From positions 1 through 64,000 of IMG/VR virus record IMGVR_UViG_3300042305_002533: a stretch of DNA of 64,000 nucleotides; one strand, given 5' to 3'. The notes under the pieces were generated by a model. That model searched no databases, was not told the DNA's origin, and was given only the letters and a program-made list of their open reading frames with translations. Source of the DNA: a virus. The stretch's first letter is position 1. Each line of letters begins with the position of its first letter. Shown here in pieces: positions 1 to 9,053 of this stretch. The translations under genes were made by a program, and so were the position numbers.

Positions 1-25
1 GGACTTTCGGCCGAGAAACAGGTTG

Positions 26-1048
26 TTAGGTACGAACTTCCAGCTGGAGCTCAGCCGGCTGGAGGCCGAAGGTCCAGGCGTTCGCCGCCCGGGCCGTTGT
101 CATCTCCGCCGGCACCGGCAGGACGAAGGTCCTCCCCGTGCCGCAGAGCACCTTGAGGAACCGCGAAGGAACCCCCTCAAGGTTGACTTCGAGCAGCACG
201 CCGATCTGCGGATCGACGTCCGCATCGATCGTCGTCGGCTGAAGAAGGTCGAGCACCTTCTGCCAGCCGATGATCTCGGCGGCGCAGCGACGGAGCTCGA
301 TGTTCTCGTGCTCCAGGGCGACGCGCGGGTCGAGCTCCGAGGGGTTCTCGATCCACGCGCGGGGCACCTTCGTGCCCCGCCAGTAATGAAGGCTCCAGCC
401 GTCCGGCCACGAGATGGCCGGCCCCGTCTCGCCGTGCAGGCGGCCCTGCACGTCTCGCGTCAGAATGCACGGGCGCTCAGTTGCGATTGTGAACTCATGG
501 TGGGCCCACCACCAGCCGCATGAGGAGTCCACGTCCTCGCGCGGGCCGACGGGGATGTCCTCGACGCCGAGGACGTCGCGGATGAAGGTGGCCCAGGCGG
601 TGAACGAGCACCACCAGGCCCCGCCGCTGTAGCGGGACCAGGCGTTCCTCACCGCCGACGCCGGGTTGAGGCGCTGGAGCGCCTCTTCGCCGTCGTCACC
701 CACGAGCGCCACCGCCGTGAGGACCTCGCGGATCACCCGCGTGACCTCCGGCCGGAGCGCTTCGTTGGTGACGAAGCGCTCGACGAACGCCGGCACGTGC
801 TCGCGGACGTCGCCCTTGACGTTCTCCACGAGAACCGCGCACGCCGGCGCGGCGAGGGCCGTCACGATCGGGGAACCCGACCATACGATCGCCTTGGGCG
901 GCGCGAGCTTCGCCGCCTCGTAATGGGCGACGATGCCGCGCTCAGCGCGCGGCCGGTCGGCCGGAGCCGTCGACAGGCCGACCTGGGTGTACTTGTCCAC
1001 CCAGCCCGGGATTTGAGACTTCTGAACCTCGGTAATAGCCGTAATCAT
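26..1048 (-). CDS. DUF6745-like protein
   Basis: Motifs SCGWWW..ERP..RLHGETGPAI.WPDGW..HYWRG, NIELRR and C-terminal CGTGR.FVLPVP..TA..A.AWTF. Start placed at ATG 1048 (MITAIT) after GGAGG. Confidence 0.7.
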   Translation of the reverse strand: MITAITEVQKSQIPGWVDKYTQVGLSTAPADRPRAERGIVAHYEAAKLAPPKAIVWSGSPIVTALAAPACAVLVENVKGDVREHVPAFVERFVTNEALRPEVTRVIREVLTAVALVGDDGEEALQRLNPASAVRNAWSRYSGGAWWCSFTAWATFIRDVLGVEDIPVGPREDVDSSCGWWWAHHEFTIATERPCILTRDVQGRLHGETGPAISWPDGWSLHYWRGTKVPRAWIENPSELDPRVALEHENIELRRCAAEIIGWQKVLDLLQPTTIDADVDPQIGVLLEVNLEGVPSRFLKVLCGTGRTFVLPVPAEMTTARAANAWTFGLQPAELQLEVRT

Positions 1049-1049
1049 C

Positions 1050-1391
1050 TCAGTCCTCCACCGCCCGGAAACCTTCCGGGGTGTACTCGCGCTGCCGACG
1101 AATTTCCCAGACGCCCGCCGCCAACATGACGGGGGCGTGCGTGTCATGAGGCCGCGCGTGCACGACCTCGCGCGGCTCAGTGAGCCGCAAGAAAAGCCTC
1201 AAGGGGTCCGGCCCCTTGAACAGTTCCACCCCCTCCACGGGGAGGGTGTGGTGGTTGCCGTTGACGCTCAGAGCGACAACGTACCGCCCGCCCGTCGGGG
1301 CGACGGGGTTGAGGCTGGTGGGGAGTTCCGGGATTCTCCGGAACAAGAGATCCCCTTGCGCTGCCATTCGTTCAATCATCATCATCATCAT
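1050..1391 (-). CDS. small QGD/His-motif protein, typical partner of DUF6745 genes
   Basis: AQGDLLFRRI..GNHH..HARPHDTH..IRRQREY. Stop lies 1 nt before the DUF6745 start. Confidence 0.65.
   Translation of the reverse strand: MMMMMIERMAAQGDLLFRRIPELPTSLNPVAPTGGRYVVALSVNGNHHTLPVEGVELFKGPDPLRLFLRLTEPREVVHARPHDTHAPVMLAAGVWEIRRQREYTPEGFRAVED
1377..1391 (-). repeat. (ATG)x5 trinucleotide run at gene start
   Basis: catcatcatcatcat on + strand, giving MMMMM and overlapping the upstream stop. Confidence 0.8.
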
Positions 1392-1576
1392 TCTCCTTCA
1401 ATCGGTTCGTCCACGTCGCTCTGATCGTACCCAGCGAGAATTTCGGGCCGATATCGCGACAGCTTCTCGCGTTTGCAAAGATCGCAAACGCGACACAAAG
1501 GGATGTTCTGCGCGTCATGAGCCCACCAGGAGGGCTCGGTCGACGCGGTGCCACCTACACACAGGTGCTCACGCAT
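1388..1576 (-). CDS. small hypothetical protein with CxxC
   Basis: 62-aa ORF whose stop overlaps the next start (ATGA). Confidence 0.55.
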   Translation of the reverse strand: MREHLCVGGTASTEPSWWAHDAQNIPLCRVCDLCKREKLSRYRPEILAGYDQSDVDEPIEGE

Positions 1577-1577
1577 C

Positions 1578-1603
1578 CTTGTACCCTTTTCCTTAATAAT
1601 TTT
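1578..1603 (-). promoter_or_regulatory. phage promoter motif variant AAAA-N14-GGTACAAG
   Basis: Matches the motif seen at 7 other sites and sits immediately upstream of ORF 1388-1576. Confidence 0.45.
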
Positions 1604-1696
1604 CGACTGCGGGCGCGCACGACACTTGGGGGGTCGTTGACCCGCGGGTCCTCGTACTGAAAAGATCGACCCTATTTTTTATTTTTTCCACGCCCC

Positions 1697-1724
1697 TTGC
1701 GTCCCTTTTTGGTAGGGCTATAGT
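1697..1724 (+). promoter_or_regulatory. sigma70-like promoter TTGCGT-N16-TATAGT
   Basis: Consensus-like -35/-10 preceded by a T-rich tract and pointing into the structured region. Confidence 0.5.
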
Positions 1725-1730
1725 TCCTCT

Positions 1731-1950
1731 CGTTGACACGGTTGATGCCCCTCGTAGCCGAGTCGTCCGGTGAGGGGTAGAGAGACACCAGCAGAACCCG
1801 CTTGCGGGATCATCTGGTCGATCGAAAGCCAGAAGCGCTTCTGGCTTGAGTGTCAGCTGGGGATCAGAGTCCCAAGACGGCGGCTGAGACAGCTCGGAGC
1901 GTCGAGAAGAAAGGTCAGTGCCCTAGGATCCAAGGGCCCTGGCCTTTCGC
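1731..1950 (+). ncRNA. candidate structured ncRNA of about 220 nt
   Basis: Closing stem gttgacac/gtgtcagc encloses three hairpins and three more follow. G-U pairs work on + strand only. No convincing ORF. Confidence 0.5.
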
Positions 1951-1954
1951 ATTT

Positions 1955-2251
1955 CTAGACCCCGGACTTCTGCGACGGGTGCAGCTCCCCCGAGCGGGTC
2001 TTGCCGTCGATCTGACGGTTGTACGCCTCCACCAGATCCAACGAGAAATCGTCTGGAATCCGGCACGAATACCCGAGGATCTGAAGCCCGTGACGGGTCT
2101 TCAGGTAGGTGCCCGGGGCCTCTCCGTAGCGCACGTAGCGTACGAGCACGCTCCAGCCGCGCCCCTCCATCGACGCCTCAATCCCCTCGAACCACTCCTC
2201 TGGCGTCTCGTCAGGAGTGGTTGCGATCACAAACTCATCGTCCTTGTCCAT
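1955..2251 (-). CDS. hypothetical protein
   Basis: ORF in a tightly coupled minus-strand gene string. Confidence 0.6.
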   Translation of the reverse strand: MDKDDEFVIATTPDETPEEWFEGIEASMEGRGWSVLVRYVRYGEAPGTYLKTRHGLQILGYSCRIPDDFSLDLVEAYNRQIDGKTRSGELHPSQKSGV

Positions 2252-2612
2252 TCGGTTTCTCTTTCGGCTCCAGCCGATATGGCGTCAGATCCGCCTTCGG
2301 GTTGATCTCCCAGAGCGCGACTTCGCGCTCGTGGATGTTCCTCTCCTCGTCGGAGTACTTGTAACGGTTTCCCGTTTTCGTCAGTACCCTGCCATCGCGT
2401 AGCTCGCGGAACACGGCTCCGAGCCAGTGAGCCCGGCCTTCGCCCGTGATGATCCCATCGGCGATAAGCGCGTCCCACACTTCGCGGCTGTGCACCGTGA
2501 GCTTGCGGAGCGCGATCTTCACCGCGTAGTGCATCCCCCACTGGATGTGCAGGGGCTTGGTGGCCTGAAGCCTCTCCATGGCCGCCCGCGTGCCCGTACC
2601 GGCGTCGGTCAC
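2235..2612 (-). CDS. hypothetical protein (possible winged-helix)
   Basis: Coupled ORF with motif WLGAVFREL..G.L.KTG. Confidence 0.55.
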   Translation of the reverse strand: MTDAGTGTRAAMERLQATKPLHIQWGMHYAVKIALRKLTVHSREVWDALIADGIITGEGRAHWLGAVFRELRDGRVLTKTGNRYKYSDEERNIHEREVALWEINPKADLTPYRLEPKEKPNGQGR

Positions 2613-2860
2613 GGGCCCTCCTCTGTGGTCTGATCGATGGCGAACTCTTCGCCGCCATCGACGAGCACCACGTCCATTCCCATGAAGCGCTCACGGCTAC
2701 ACAAGAGATCGACGAAGTCGTAGTTGAAGGCGAGCCGGCTCTTGTGCAGCGCCTCGTCCACGTCCCGCCGGAGACGAATCGAGTTCGGCGGCTGCCCGTG
2801 CTTTTTCGCGTACGCGTTGAGGGCCTGCTCAATCTCGGCCCCGACCTTGTTTGGATCCAC
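2609..2860 (-). CDS. hypothetical protein
   Basis: AGGAGG before GTG; stop overlaps the next start. Confidence 0.6.
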   Translation of the reverse strand: MDPNKVGAEIEQALNAYAKKHGQPPNSIRLRRDVDEALHKSRLAFNYDFVDLLCSRERFMGMDVVLVDGGEEFAIDQTTEEGP

Positions 2861-2963
2861 GTTTCCTCCTAAGACGACGGCCCCGGAAACCTCACGTTGC
2901 CTGCCGTGTGGTATCCGAGGCCGTCCGGGTTTAGGGCTCCCATGGGCAGACTATCAGCTTTCA

Positions 2964-3329
2964 TTAAAAAGCCAAGTCTTCCATGAAGTCGTCGACCTCC
3001 TTGGCCAGACAGGTGCCCGGGTTGTCGCATTTCACCTGGTGAAAAAATACCAGAAGGTCTGCGGCCATGCTGGCTTTGAAGCGCCCGCCGGGCGAATCCC
3101 ACATGCCGCCCGGCCGAACGGCCTCTTGAATGTCGGCAAAGAACGCCCGCAGCTCCGCGTCTTTGCACAGCGAGAGGTACATCCCCAGGCCCGTCGGCGC
3201 AGCACGGCGTGTTTGCCGCAAGCGGTTGATGTACACCAGCGCCTCAAGCTTTTCGGCCCGCGTGTTGAAGGGGACCGTCCACCCCGGCTCGCGAAGCATG
3301 ACATCGGTCGGTAGCTGCGCGAACAACAT
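2964..3329 (-). CDS. hypothetical protein (start uncertain)
   Basis: C-terminal part of ORF 2964-3485 looks protein-like. Confidence 0.45.
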   Translation of the reverse strand: MLFAQLPTDVMLREPGWTVPFNTRAEKLEALVYINRLRQTRRAAPTGLGMYLSLCKDAELRAFFADIQEAVRPGGMWDSPGGRFKASMAADLLVFFHQVKCDNPGTCLAKEVDDFMEDLAF

Positions 3330-3684
3330 AACGATACCTTTCTTCCGCGTTGCCCTCAAACGAGTCGTTCCAGGTTTGAAGGTCGCGGAGCTCGATGATT
3401 GAAAGGCCGGTTTGAGCCTTGAGAATACGCCAAAGAACTTGGCGCGCCTTGAGGTCAAGGTCATCATCCTCGATGATCGGCTCACCTTCCAGCTGCAATA
3501 TATTTTTTGGGTCTAGACAGCGAAGGCCCCACACAGGGCTCTCGCCCTCGATCTCCCCGGCGTAGTCGGGGATGAATGCTCCAATTACGCAGAAGCTATC
3601 GCCTTCGCGATAGCTCCCGCGTATGAAGCGTTTGTCCGGCAGCCCCTTGAGCCGCCGGACAAAGAACTCCCAATCACCTGGCAA
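3244..3684 (-). CDS. hypothetical protein
   Basis: ORF with FCVIGA..WNDS motif common in small phage proteins. Confidence 0.5.
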   Translation of the reverse strand: MPGDWEFFVRRLKGLPDKRFIRGSYREGDSFCVIGAFIPDYAGEIEGESPVWGLRCLDPKNILQLEGEPIIEDDDLDLKARQVLWRILKAQTGLSIIELRDLQTWNDSFEGNAEERYRYVVRAATDRCHASRAGVDGPLQHAGRKA

Positions 3685-4174
3685 GTCCCAGATCCTTTCT
3701 GCACGTGTGGCAGGTTACGAGCTCGTTGTCTGCCGCCGTCGGGTGGGCCTCGACGCAGTCGAAGTACCGGCACCGCAGAAGGTCCTGCGACTTGTCGGCC
3801 CCGATGGCCAACCACGGAATGTGGTTGGAGCTGTAGGTCGTCACCCCACGGGGGATCCCCAGGGTGAACCCATCCTTGTTGATGACCATGCGCGGCGAAC
3901 ACGCCACGAGGTGCTCGTCCTCGCCAGCGTCGAGCGCTTCGACGCGCATGAGCACGTCGCCCTGACAGACGTCATACCACTCGTCCGCGTCTGTCAGGGC
4001 CCCCATGTACAGGATGCGCGTGAATCTCTCTGGGTTGAAGCTCAGGTCGAGCATCCGCTCGTCGGAGAAGAGCTGACGCAGCCGGGACACGTCAGCGTAG
4101 AAACTGGCGTCCGCGCAGATCTCCGCGCAGACGCCATACGCGTTGATACGAAAAACAAAATACCTCTCGTCCAT
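3674..4174 (-). CDS. hypothetical protein with C-terminal H..CxxC
   Basis: GGAGG RBS before ATG 4174; downstream of a GGTATAAG motif. Confidence 0.6.
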   Translation of the reverse strand: MDERYFVFRINAYGVCAEICADASFYADVSRLRQLFSDERMLDLSFNPERFTRILYMGALTDADEWYDVCQGDVLMRVEALDAGEDEHLVACSPRMVINKDGFTLGIPRGVTTYSSNHIPWLAIGADKSQDLLRCRYFDCVEAHPTAADNELVTCHTCRKDLGLAR

Positions 4175-4210
4175 GGATTCCTCCAGAGCCCACACGATTG
4201 AAGGCAAGGG

Positions 4211-4238
4211 CTTATACCCGCAACGCGTTTGATTTTTT
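4211..4238 (-). promoter_or_regulatory. phage promoter motif AAAAAA-N14-GGTATAAG
   Basis: Exact motif in the divergent intergenic gap. Confidence 0.65.
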
Positions 4239-4262
4239 AATCATGGTGCGTAACGTATTCGT

Positions 4263-4571
4263 ATGAACACGCACACTTTCACACACGCCAAACTCGCAAC
4301 GCTGCGTCGGCGAATACGCACACAGGCGCTCGACACTGAAACAAAGGCGCAGCTATTGGCCCACGTGAAGCACCTTCGCAGCCTTTACGAGTACGAGGTG
4401 CACACCATCATTGTAGGGTTCGCGGGGTCGCACTCCCTGGCGTACTGGTCAGAGTTTTTTAAACTAACTCCAGACGCCCGGACGACGGAAGTGCGCGCTC
4501 GCCTTGCCTACGCCCGCGAGACAAAAGTAGACTTTCACACCCCCCCTGAACTGGAGACGTTTCTCGAATGA
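4263..4571 (+). CDS. hypothetical protein, probably leaderless
   Basis: TAACGT-N6-ATG; coupled to the next ORF. Confidence 0.55.
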   Translation: MNTHTFTHAKLATLRRRIRTQALDTETKAQLLAHVKHLRSLYEYEVHTIIVGFAGSHSLAYWSEFFKLTPDARTTEVRARLAYARETKVDFHTPPELETFLE

Positions 4572-4846
4572 ACATCGATAAGCTGATGAAGAAGTTGCCA
4601 ACTGGATTTGCCGATGATACCGCGAGTCTGGGAGAGCCCGCCCTGAAAGACGTCGTAATGCAGGCGGAGACGAACATTCGGCGGATTGAGCAGGAGCGCG
4701 AAGGAGACGAGCGGCTCTCCGGGGCCAAGGAGATCGTGAAAGATCTCAACGGGCCTTACCGCGATGCCATCAACGCGCAGCGCGCGAAGATCGCATACGT
4801 GCTTTATCTGTTGGACGAGCGGGGTAAGCTCCCCGAAGCCACGTGA
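4568..4846 (+). CDS. hypothetical coiled-coil protein
   Basis: ATGA overlap; helical composition. Confidence 0.65.
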   Translation: MNIDKLMKKLPTGFADDTASLGEPALKDVVMQAETNIRRIEQEREGDERLSGAKEIVKDLNGPYRDAINAQRAKIAYVLYLLDERGKLPEAT

Positions 4847-5019
4847 AAAAGTTTCTCGTGGAAGACAAAAACAGAACCCTGCTTGGGGAGTTTCAAGACA
4901 TTCTCGACGCCATGGAGTTCTGTACCAGTCAGGAAGACAGTCTCGTCATCCGCGTCGTCGATGGAGAGCGGACGGACATGACGTATCGGATAAAGGCGAG
5001 GCAGAATTTCACGAAGTGA
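4843..5019 (+). CDS. hypothetical 58-aa protein (MKKFLVEDKNR...), absent from the ORF track
   Basis: GTGA overlap with the previous stop; open to TGA at 5019. Confidence 0.5.
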   Translation: MKKFLVEDKNRTLLGEFQDILDAMEFCTSQEDSLVIRVVDGERTDMTYRIKARQNFTK

Positions 5020-5021
5020 AA

Positions 5022-5780
5022 TTATCGATGCGCGGCATCTAATGAGGACCGATAATCGCCCATGTGATACCGCGCTTTCATTGCCTCCAACCGAGAATTA
5101 GCAAACGCCTGCTCGGGGGCGGCCTCGCTCTGGCCTTTAATCGCGGCGAGCTGCGCTAATCGGTGGCGCTCCATTGCTTGAATATATTGATCGGTAACGC
5201 CGCTGCCGAGCATGTACCCACTAATCAGCCGTGTTGCGGGGTGCTTGTAAACATTGAATGCTTGCTGCGCAGCGGCCTCAGCTGGCAAAAGTTTTCCGTA
5301 AATTTGTTTTTCACGCTGTACCGCATCTAACAAATCCGCTGGTAAGTCTTCAGCTCTGATGCCTTCCTGCAACATCCGCGCAGCTCGATCCGCAGCGGTA
5401 TTACCCGACCTGGACTCTCGATACTTTTCAAGCGATCCAGGAAAAGGGCCTTTTTGAAATTTTTCAAAAACAACAGGGTCCAATTTTTGAAACCCCTTGC
5501 TGCCTAACCCCCCTAGGACACCGCCTATGACGGCGCCCCCTAGGCCCCCCTTCAAACTACGCAGCATTTGCGCTTCGTACGATTTGGTAGGGTCCGCCGT
5601 TGTGTAGGCGACGCCCGATCCTACCCCCGCACCGACTCCAGCGCCCATAGCAATGCCCGGCAAATGCGGAGCCAGGGCCTCGGCGATATTTCGAAACACG
5701 CGCTGGCGGTCAGCTTGTTTAGTTAAACCGTAGGCCGTCATGGCGCGCTCTACGGCAGCTGTTGCGACACTCATATTCAC
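5022..5780 (-). CDS. glycine-zipper membrane-type protein, possible virion internal protein
   Basis: GAGVGAGVGSG and GLGGAVIGGVLGGLG segments; N-terminal GLTKQA (KxA). Confidence 0.6.
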   Translation of the reverse strand: MNMSVATAAVERAMTAYGLTKQADRQRVFRNIAEALAPHLPGIAMGAGVGAGVGSGVAYTTADPTKSYEAQMLRSLKGGLGGAVIGGVLGGLGSKGFQKLDPVVFEKFQKGPFPGSLEKYRESRSGNTAADRAARMLQEGIRAEDLPADLLDAVQREKQIYGKLLPAEAAAQQAFNVYKHPATRLISGYMLGSGVTDQYIQAMERHRLAQLAAIKGQSEAAPEQAFANSRLEAMKARYHMGDYRSSLDAAHR

Positions 5781-7837
5781 GCGCCTTTTACTTTCAGGGT
5801 AGTACGTTGTTTTATTTCCTTCGGCGGCATCAAAAGCGGGTGGGTCTGCTTGGCCTCCACATCCGCAATGCCCAGGTCTTTCCAGAACGCGTCGCTCAAA
5901 CGCCGCCCGGCACTATGGCCGGCCAGGGTCCCTGTTATGGGGAGGAGATAACTCAGGCCCCGAACTAACGGCCGCTCGTGTACTACCAAAGGCGTTTTCG
6001 CAACGTACCCCGCGAGGAGCCCCGCCGTGCCGCCATATCCTCCCCAAAGCAGCGCCCGCAACTCTTTTTTCTTCTGATTCTTTTTTGTGATGTCCCCTAA
6101 GGCCGCGTAGCCGGACTGTTCCAGGTCGTCCCGAAGCTGATTGGCAAAAGCTTTCGGATCGTTGTCAAACTTCTCTTCAATCTGCTTACGTACGAATTCA
6201 GAGTCGTACGGACTTTTGAGAACGATACCCGTAGGGTGGGCGTACGTAAGGAGGTCTGTGCGGCGCTCGCGTTTTATTTCAGAGTTACCCATGTGCTGCG
6301 CCAACAGATCCATCATGGCCTGATCACTCTCGGGCGGCGCGGCCCCCTTAAACCGGTAGCTGGCCGTCTTCAACGGACCAAAGTCGGAAGCCTCCTGCAG
6401 CGCCGCAGCAATCTGGCCGGACATATTCTCTTTGTAGTCCGACATGGTCTTCATGTACTGCTCGACGCTCTGCGGGCTTTTTTGCCCCGTCAGATAGTCA
6501 AACGCTTTGCCGGGCGTTGACTGCGGAATGGTCGACATGTACCGCATGACCTTCACCTTCCGCTCGTGCCCGGGCAGGTGCTCATGGCTCTTGTAACGGA
6601 TGCCGCGCCCGATGACCTGGTTGATGCGCGACTCGTTCCAGTGCGGCTCCATCAACTGAATGGCCTTGGTGCCCTTGAGGTCCAAGCCCTCTGATCCCGC
6701 CCCGGAAACTAGCAACACCGGAATTTTGCCAGAGTTGTAGTCTTTCACCATCTGGTCGCGCTGCTTCTTCGGCACTTCGCCGGTGAAAACGTGGTGCGCG
6801 ATACCCGACCGCTGTAGTGCGCGGCTCATGGGCTTCAGGCCGGCGTCGAGATAGTTCGAGTAAACAACACCTCGGAAATTCGGGTCCTTGCCGTGCATTT
6901 CCTTGAGGTGCTTGGCCATCAGCTGAATCTTCGGCGTGTGCTCGTCCTCTTCTTCCTCCGTCATCCCCTGGGCATAAGGCCGTGGCGTATTAGAGGCCTG
7001 CCGAAGTGCGCCTTGAAAGGCGTTGAGGTCTTTGGACTCCTGCTTATCCAACGGCAATCCGGCGCGGATCTTCGCCCGGAGATACCAGGGCATCTGGTTT
7101 GCGTGGAAGTTATACATGTCGTGCTGACGGCTGGACATCGGCACAAGATGCGTGGCGTCCTCTCGGTCGGGGAACCCTTCACCGCCGCCTTTATGAACGT
7201 CGACGTACCCCTTGGCGGCCCGAATCAATACGTCTTTGTTCAGAAGTTTCGGAACAGTTACGTCGTCAACAGGGTGCCCGAGAATGCGCCCCTTTACGCG
7301 CTGTAACAGGGGCGCTTCGACTTTTTGTTCGCCAACGAAGGTTTTCTTAAACAGAATCGGGTCATCCGGCAAAACCTTCTTCCCCGCCGCCGTGTTGAGC
7401 AGCATGGCGAGGTCGTAGGGCTGGTTGTAGACCGGCGTGCCCGTGAGCAGAAGCCGCGCCTTGGCCTTGGCTACCTGCCCGGCGACGTCTTTGGAGATCA
7501 GCGTCCCGGCGTTACGCGCGCGGTGCGCTTCGTCCATGATGGCGAGCGCGGCAAGGTTGATGTTCTTGTCGCGAACGGCCTTTTCGTAGGAGCGAATGCG
7601 CGCGTCCGCGGGGACCTCATCGAGGTGCTTTTCCAGCTCCTTCTCGTAGTTGGCGACGAGCGGCGCGGGAACAACGGCCTCGATGGGCAGGCCGAGGGCG
7701 TCAGCGGCGGCGATGGACGAAAGCGTCTTACCGCTGCCAACGCCGTGCGCCACGAGTAGCCCACCTGAAGCCTTGAGCTTGTCGATTACCCGCTGCTGGT
7801 GAGGTTGCAACGGGGTTCGAACGTCCGCGAGTTTCAC
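5777..7837 (-). CDS. SF2/SNF2-like helicase of D6/D11 (VETF-S/NPH-I) type with C-terminal hydrophobic extension
   Basis: HGVGSGKT, DEAH, LTGTP, EGLDLKG..EPHWN, QVIGRGIRYKSH. Likely start is GTG 7837 after TATACT-N7. Confidence 0.85.
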   Translation of the reverse strand: MKLADVRTPLQPHQQRVIDKLKASGGLLVAHGVGSGKTLSSIAAADALGLPIEAVVPAPLVANYEKELEKHLDEVPADARIRSYEKAVRDKNINLAALAIMDEAHRARNAGTLISKDVAGQVAKAKARLLLTGTPVYNQPYDLAMLLNTAAGKKVLPDDPILFKKTFVGEQKVEAPLLQRVKGRILGHPVDDVTVPKLLNKDVLIRAAKGYVDVHKGGGEGFPDREDATHLVPMSSRQHDMYNFHANQMPWYLRAKIRAGLPLDKQESKDLNAFQGALRQASNTPRPYAQGMTEEEEDEHTPKIQLMAKHLKEMHGKDPNFRGVVYSNYLDAGLKPMSRALQRSGIAHHVFTGEVPKKQRDQMVKDYNSGKIPVLLVSGAGSEGLDLKGTKAIQLMEPHWNESRINQVIGRGIRYKSHEHLPGHERKVKVMRYMSTIPQSTPGKAFDYLTGQKSPQSVEQYMKTMSDYKENMSGQIAAALQEASDFGPLKTASYRFKGAAPPESDQAMMDLLAQHMGNSEIKRERRTDLLTYAHPTGIVLKSPYDSEFVRKQIEEKFDNDPKAFANQLRDDLEQSGYAALGDITKKNQKKKELRALLWGGYGGTAGLLAGYVAKTPLVVHERPLVRGLSYLLPITGTLAGHSAGRRLSDAFWKDLGIADVEAKQTHPLLMPPKEIKQRTTLKVKGA

Positions 7838-7861
7838 GGAGTGAAGTATAGCAGCTTGGGC

Positions 7862-7896
7862 AAAAAAAGAGGCCAGCCTGTTACAGCTGGCCTCTT
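7862..7896 (-). terminator. intrinsic terminator
   Basis: aagaggccagc/gctggcctctt stem followed by T7 on - strand. Confidence 0.75.
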
Positions 7897-7949
7897 CCGC
7901 CCTCGCCACGAGTGCTACATGCACATCATGGCGAGGACAATGACCCCCG

Positions 7950-8162
7950 CTATTCGAACTTGAGGCGCGCGAATGCTGCCTTGATTTCGGCAGGGTCGCC
8001 CGAGAAAATAATTTCCGGGCGCCCCTTTGCCCCCTCAGGTCGAAGTACTGTTCCGGAAATTTTCAGAACTCGCATCTCCCGTAGGAACTTGAAGAGCCCG
8101 TACGCCACTTCCCGGTCCACCTTGTTCAATTCCACGAACTGCTTCAGCGTGATTTCTGCCAT
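7950..8162 (-). CDS. small DNA-binding-like protein
   Basis: AGAGGA RBS; KGRP motif. Confidence 0.6.
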   Translation of the reverse strand: MAEITLKQFVELNKVDREVAYGLFKFLREMRVLKISGTVLRPEGAKGRPEIIFSGDPAEIKAAFARLKFE

Positions 8163-8886
8163 ATTTCCTCTGCGCGATTATCTCATCAAATCGCGCCGTT
8201 TCAAGCCTTAAGGGGGACCCTCGGCCCTTGCTTTGATACCCCGCTGCGCGCAACCAGCGCCTCAGGGCGTCCCGGCTTACGTTATGTCGATCGGCCGCAT
8301 CTTGAAGGGTCTCAAGAGCGAGCCAGCGCTCGAAAGCTTCGAGCGCCTCATCCCACTCGACAATCCGATGGGGCTGCTCGCCTACAAATTTTCTCAGGCG
8401 CGGCGAAACGCCCATCTGCTCAAACACGCGCGCCAGGGTGTTCCAATGACACCCCAGCTTCCGCGCGGCCTCGGCGACAGTGACGTAACCCTGCCACCGC
8501 TCCGGCAGCCCAAGCCGGGCCGCCCTCGCATAGATTGAACACCAGGACCGCCCCGGCAGCTTGTGTCGCAAAAGCCGAATGGAGGTGTCAGCCCAGTAGT
8601 TGAGCAGCACGGCGTCTTCGTCAGAACTCCAATGCCGACGTAACGACAGGCCCAACATGCGGGCACGGCGATGAACCGCCTGTCGATCGCGGCCCGGCAG
8701 CTTCTTCAAGATCCAGGCCCACACCGGCCCGTGCTCAGCCCTGGGCGTCGATTTGAACCGAGAGTAGTGCCGCCGGATGATTTTGTCTTCCTCGGGCCGC
8801 CAATGATTTACGCGTCCTCCGGATTTCGTTGAAAGTACCTGAGCTCCTTTAGTCTCTCGTGCAGCTCCGCTTCCGCCAGTTTCCAT
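8035..8886 (-). CDS. DNA-binding protein with two Myb/SANT-like repeats and HTH motifs (start uncertain)
   Basis: WRPEEDKII..LPGR and WSSDEDAVL..LPGRS repeats; VTVAEAARKLG and TLQDAADRHNVS. Confidence 0.6.
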   Translation of the reverse strand: METGGSGAARETKGAQVLSTKSGGRVNHWRPEEDKIIRRHYSRFKSTPRAEHGPVWAWILKKLPGRDRQAVHRRARMLGLSLRRHWSSDEDAVLLNYWADTSIRLLRHKLPGRSWCSIYARAARLGLPERWQGYVTVAEAARKLGCHWNTLARVFEQMGVSPRLRKFVGEQPHRIVEWDEALEAFERWLALETLQDAADRHNVSRDALRRWLRAAGYQSKGRGSPLRLETARFDEIIAQRKYGRNHAEAVRGIEQGGPGSGVRALQVPTGDASSENFRNSTST

Positions 8887-9032
8887 GTGAATCCTGTCTC
8901 CTCGATGAGGCGCTCCTCTGTGATTGCTTCCCCATATGGATTGACGAGTTTGTCAATGCGCGGCCCGTTGTCGCCTTCGTCGTAAATGACGACGAAAGCC
9001 TGCCCGTCTAGAAAGACGCAGTCTCTCTGCAT
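8808..9032 (-). CDS. hypothetical protein
   Basis: ORF downstream of the tRNA cluster; start set at ATG (MQRD). Confidence 0.45.
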   Translation of the reverse strand: MQRDCVFLDGQAFVVIYDEGDNGPRIDKLVNPYGEAITEERLIEETGFTWKLAEAELHERLKELRYFQRNPEDA

Positions 9033-9053
9033 ATTCACCCCGTGAAAGAAGGC

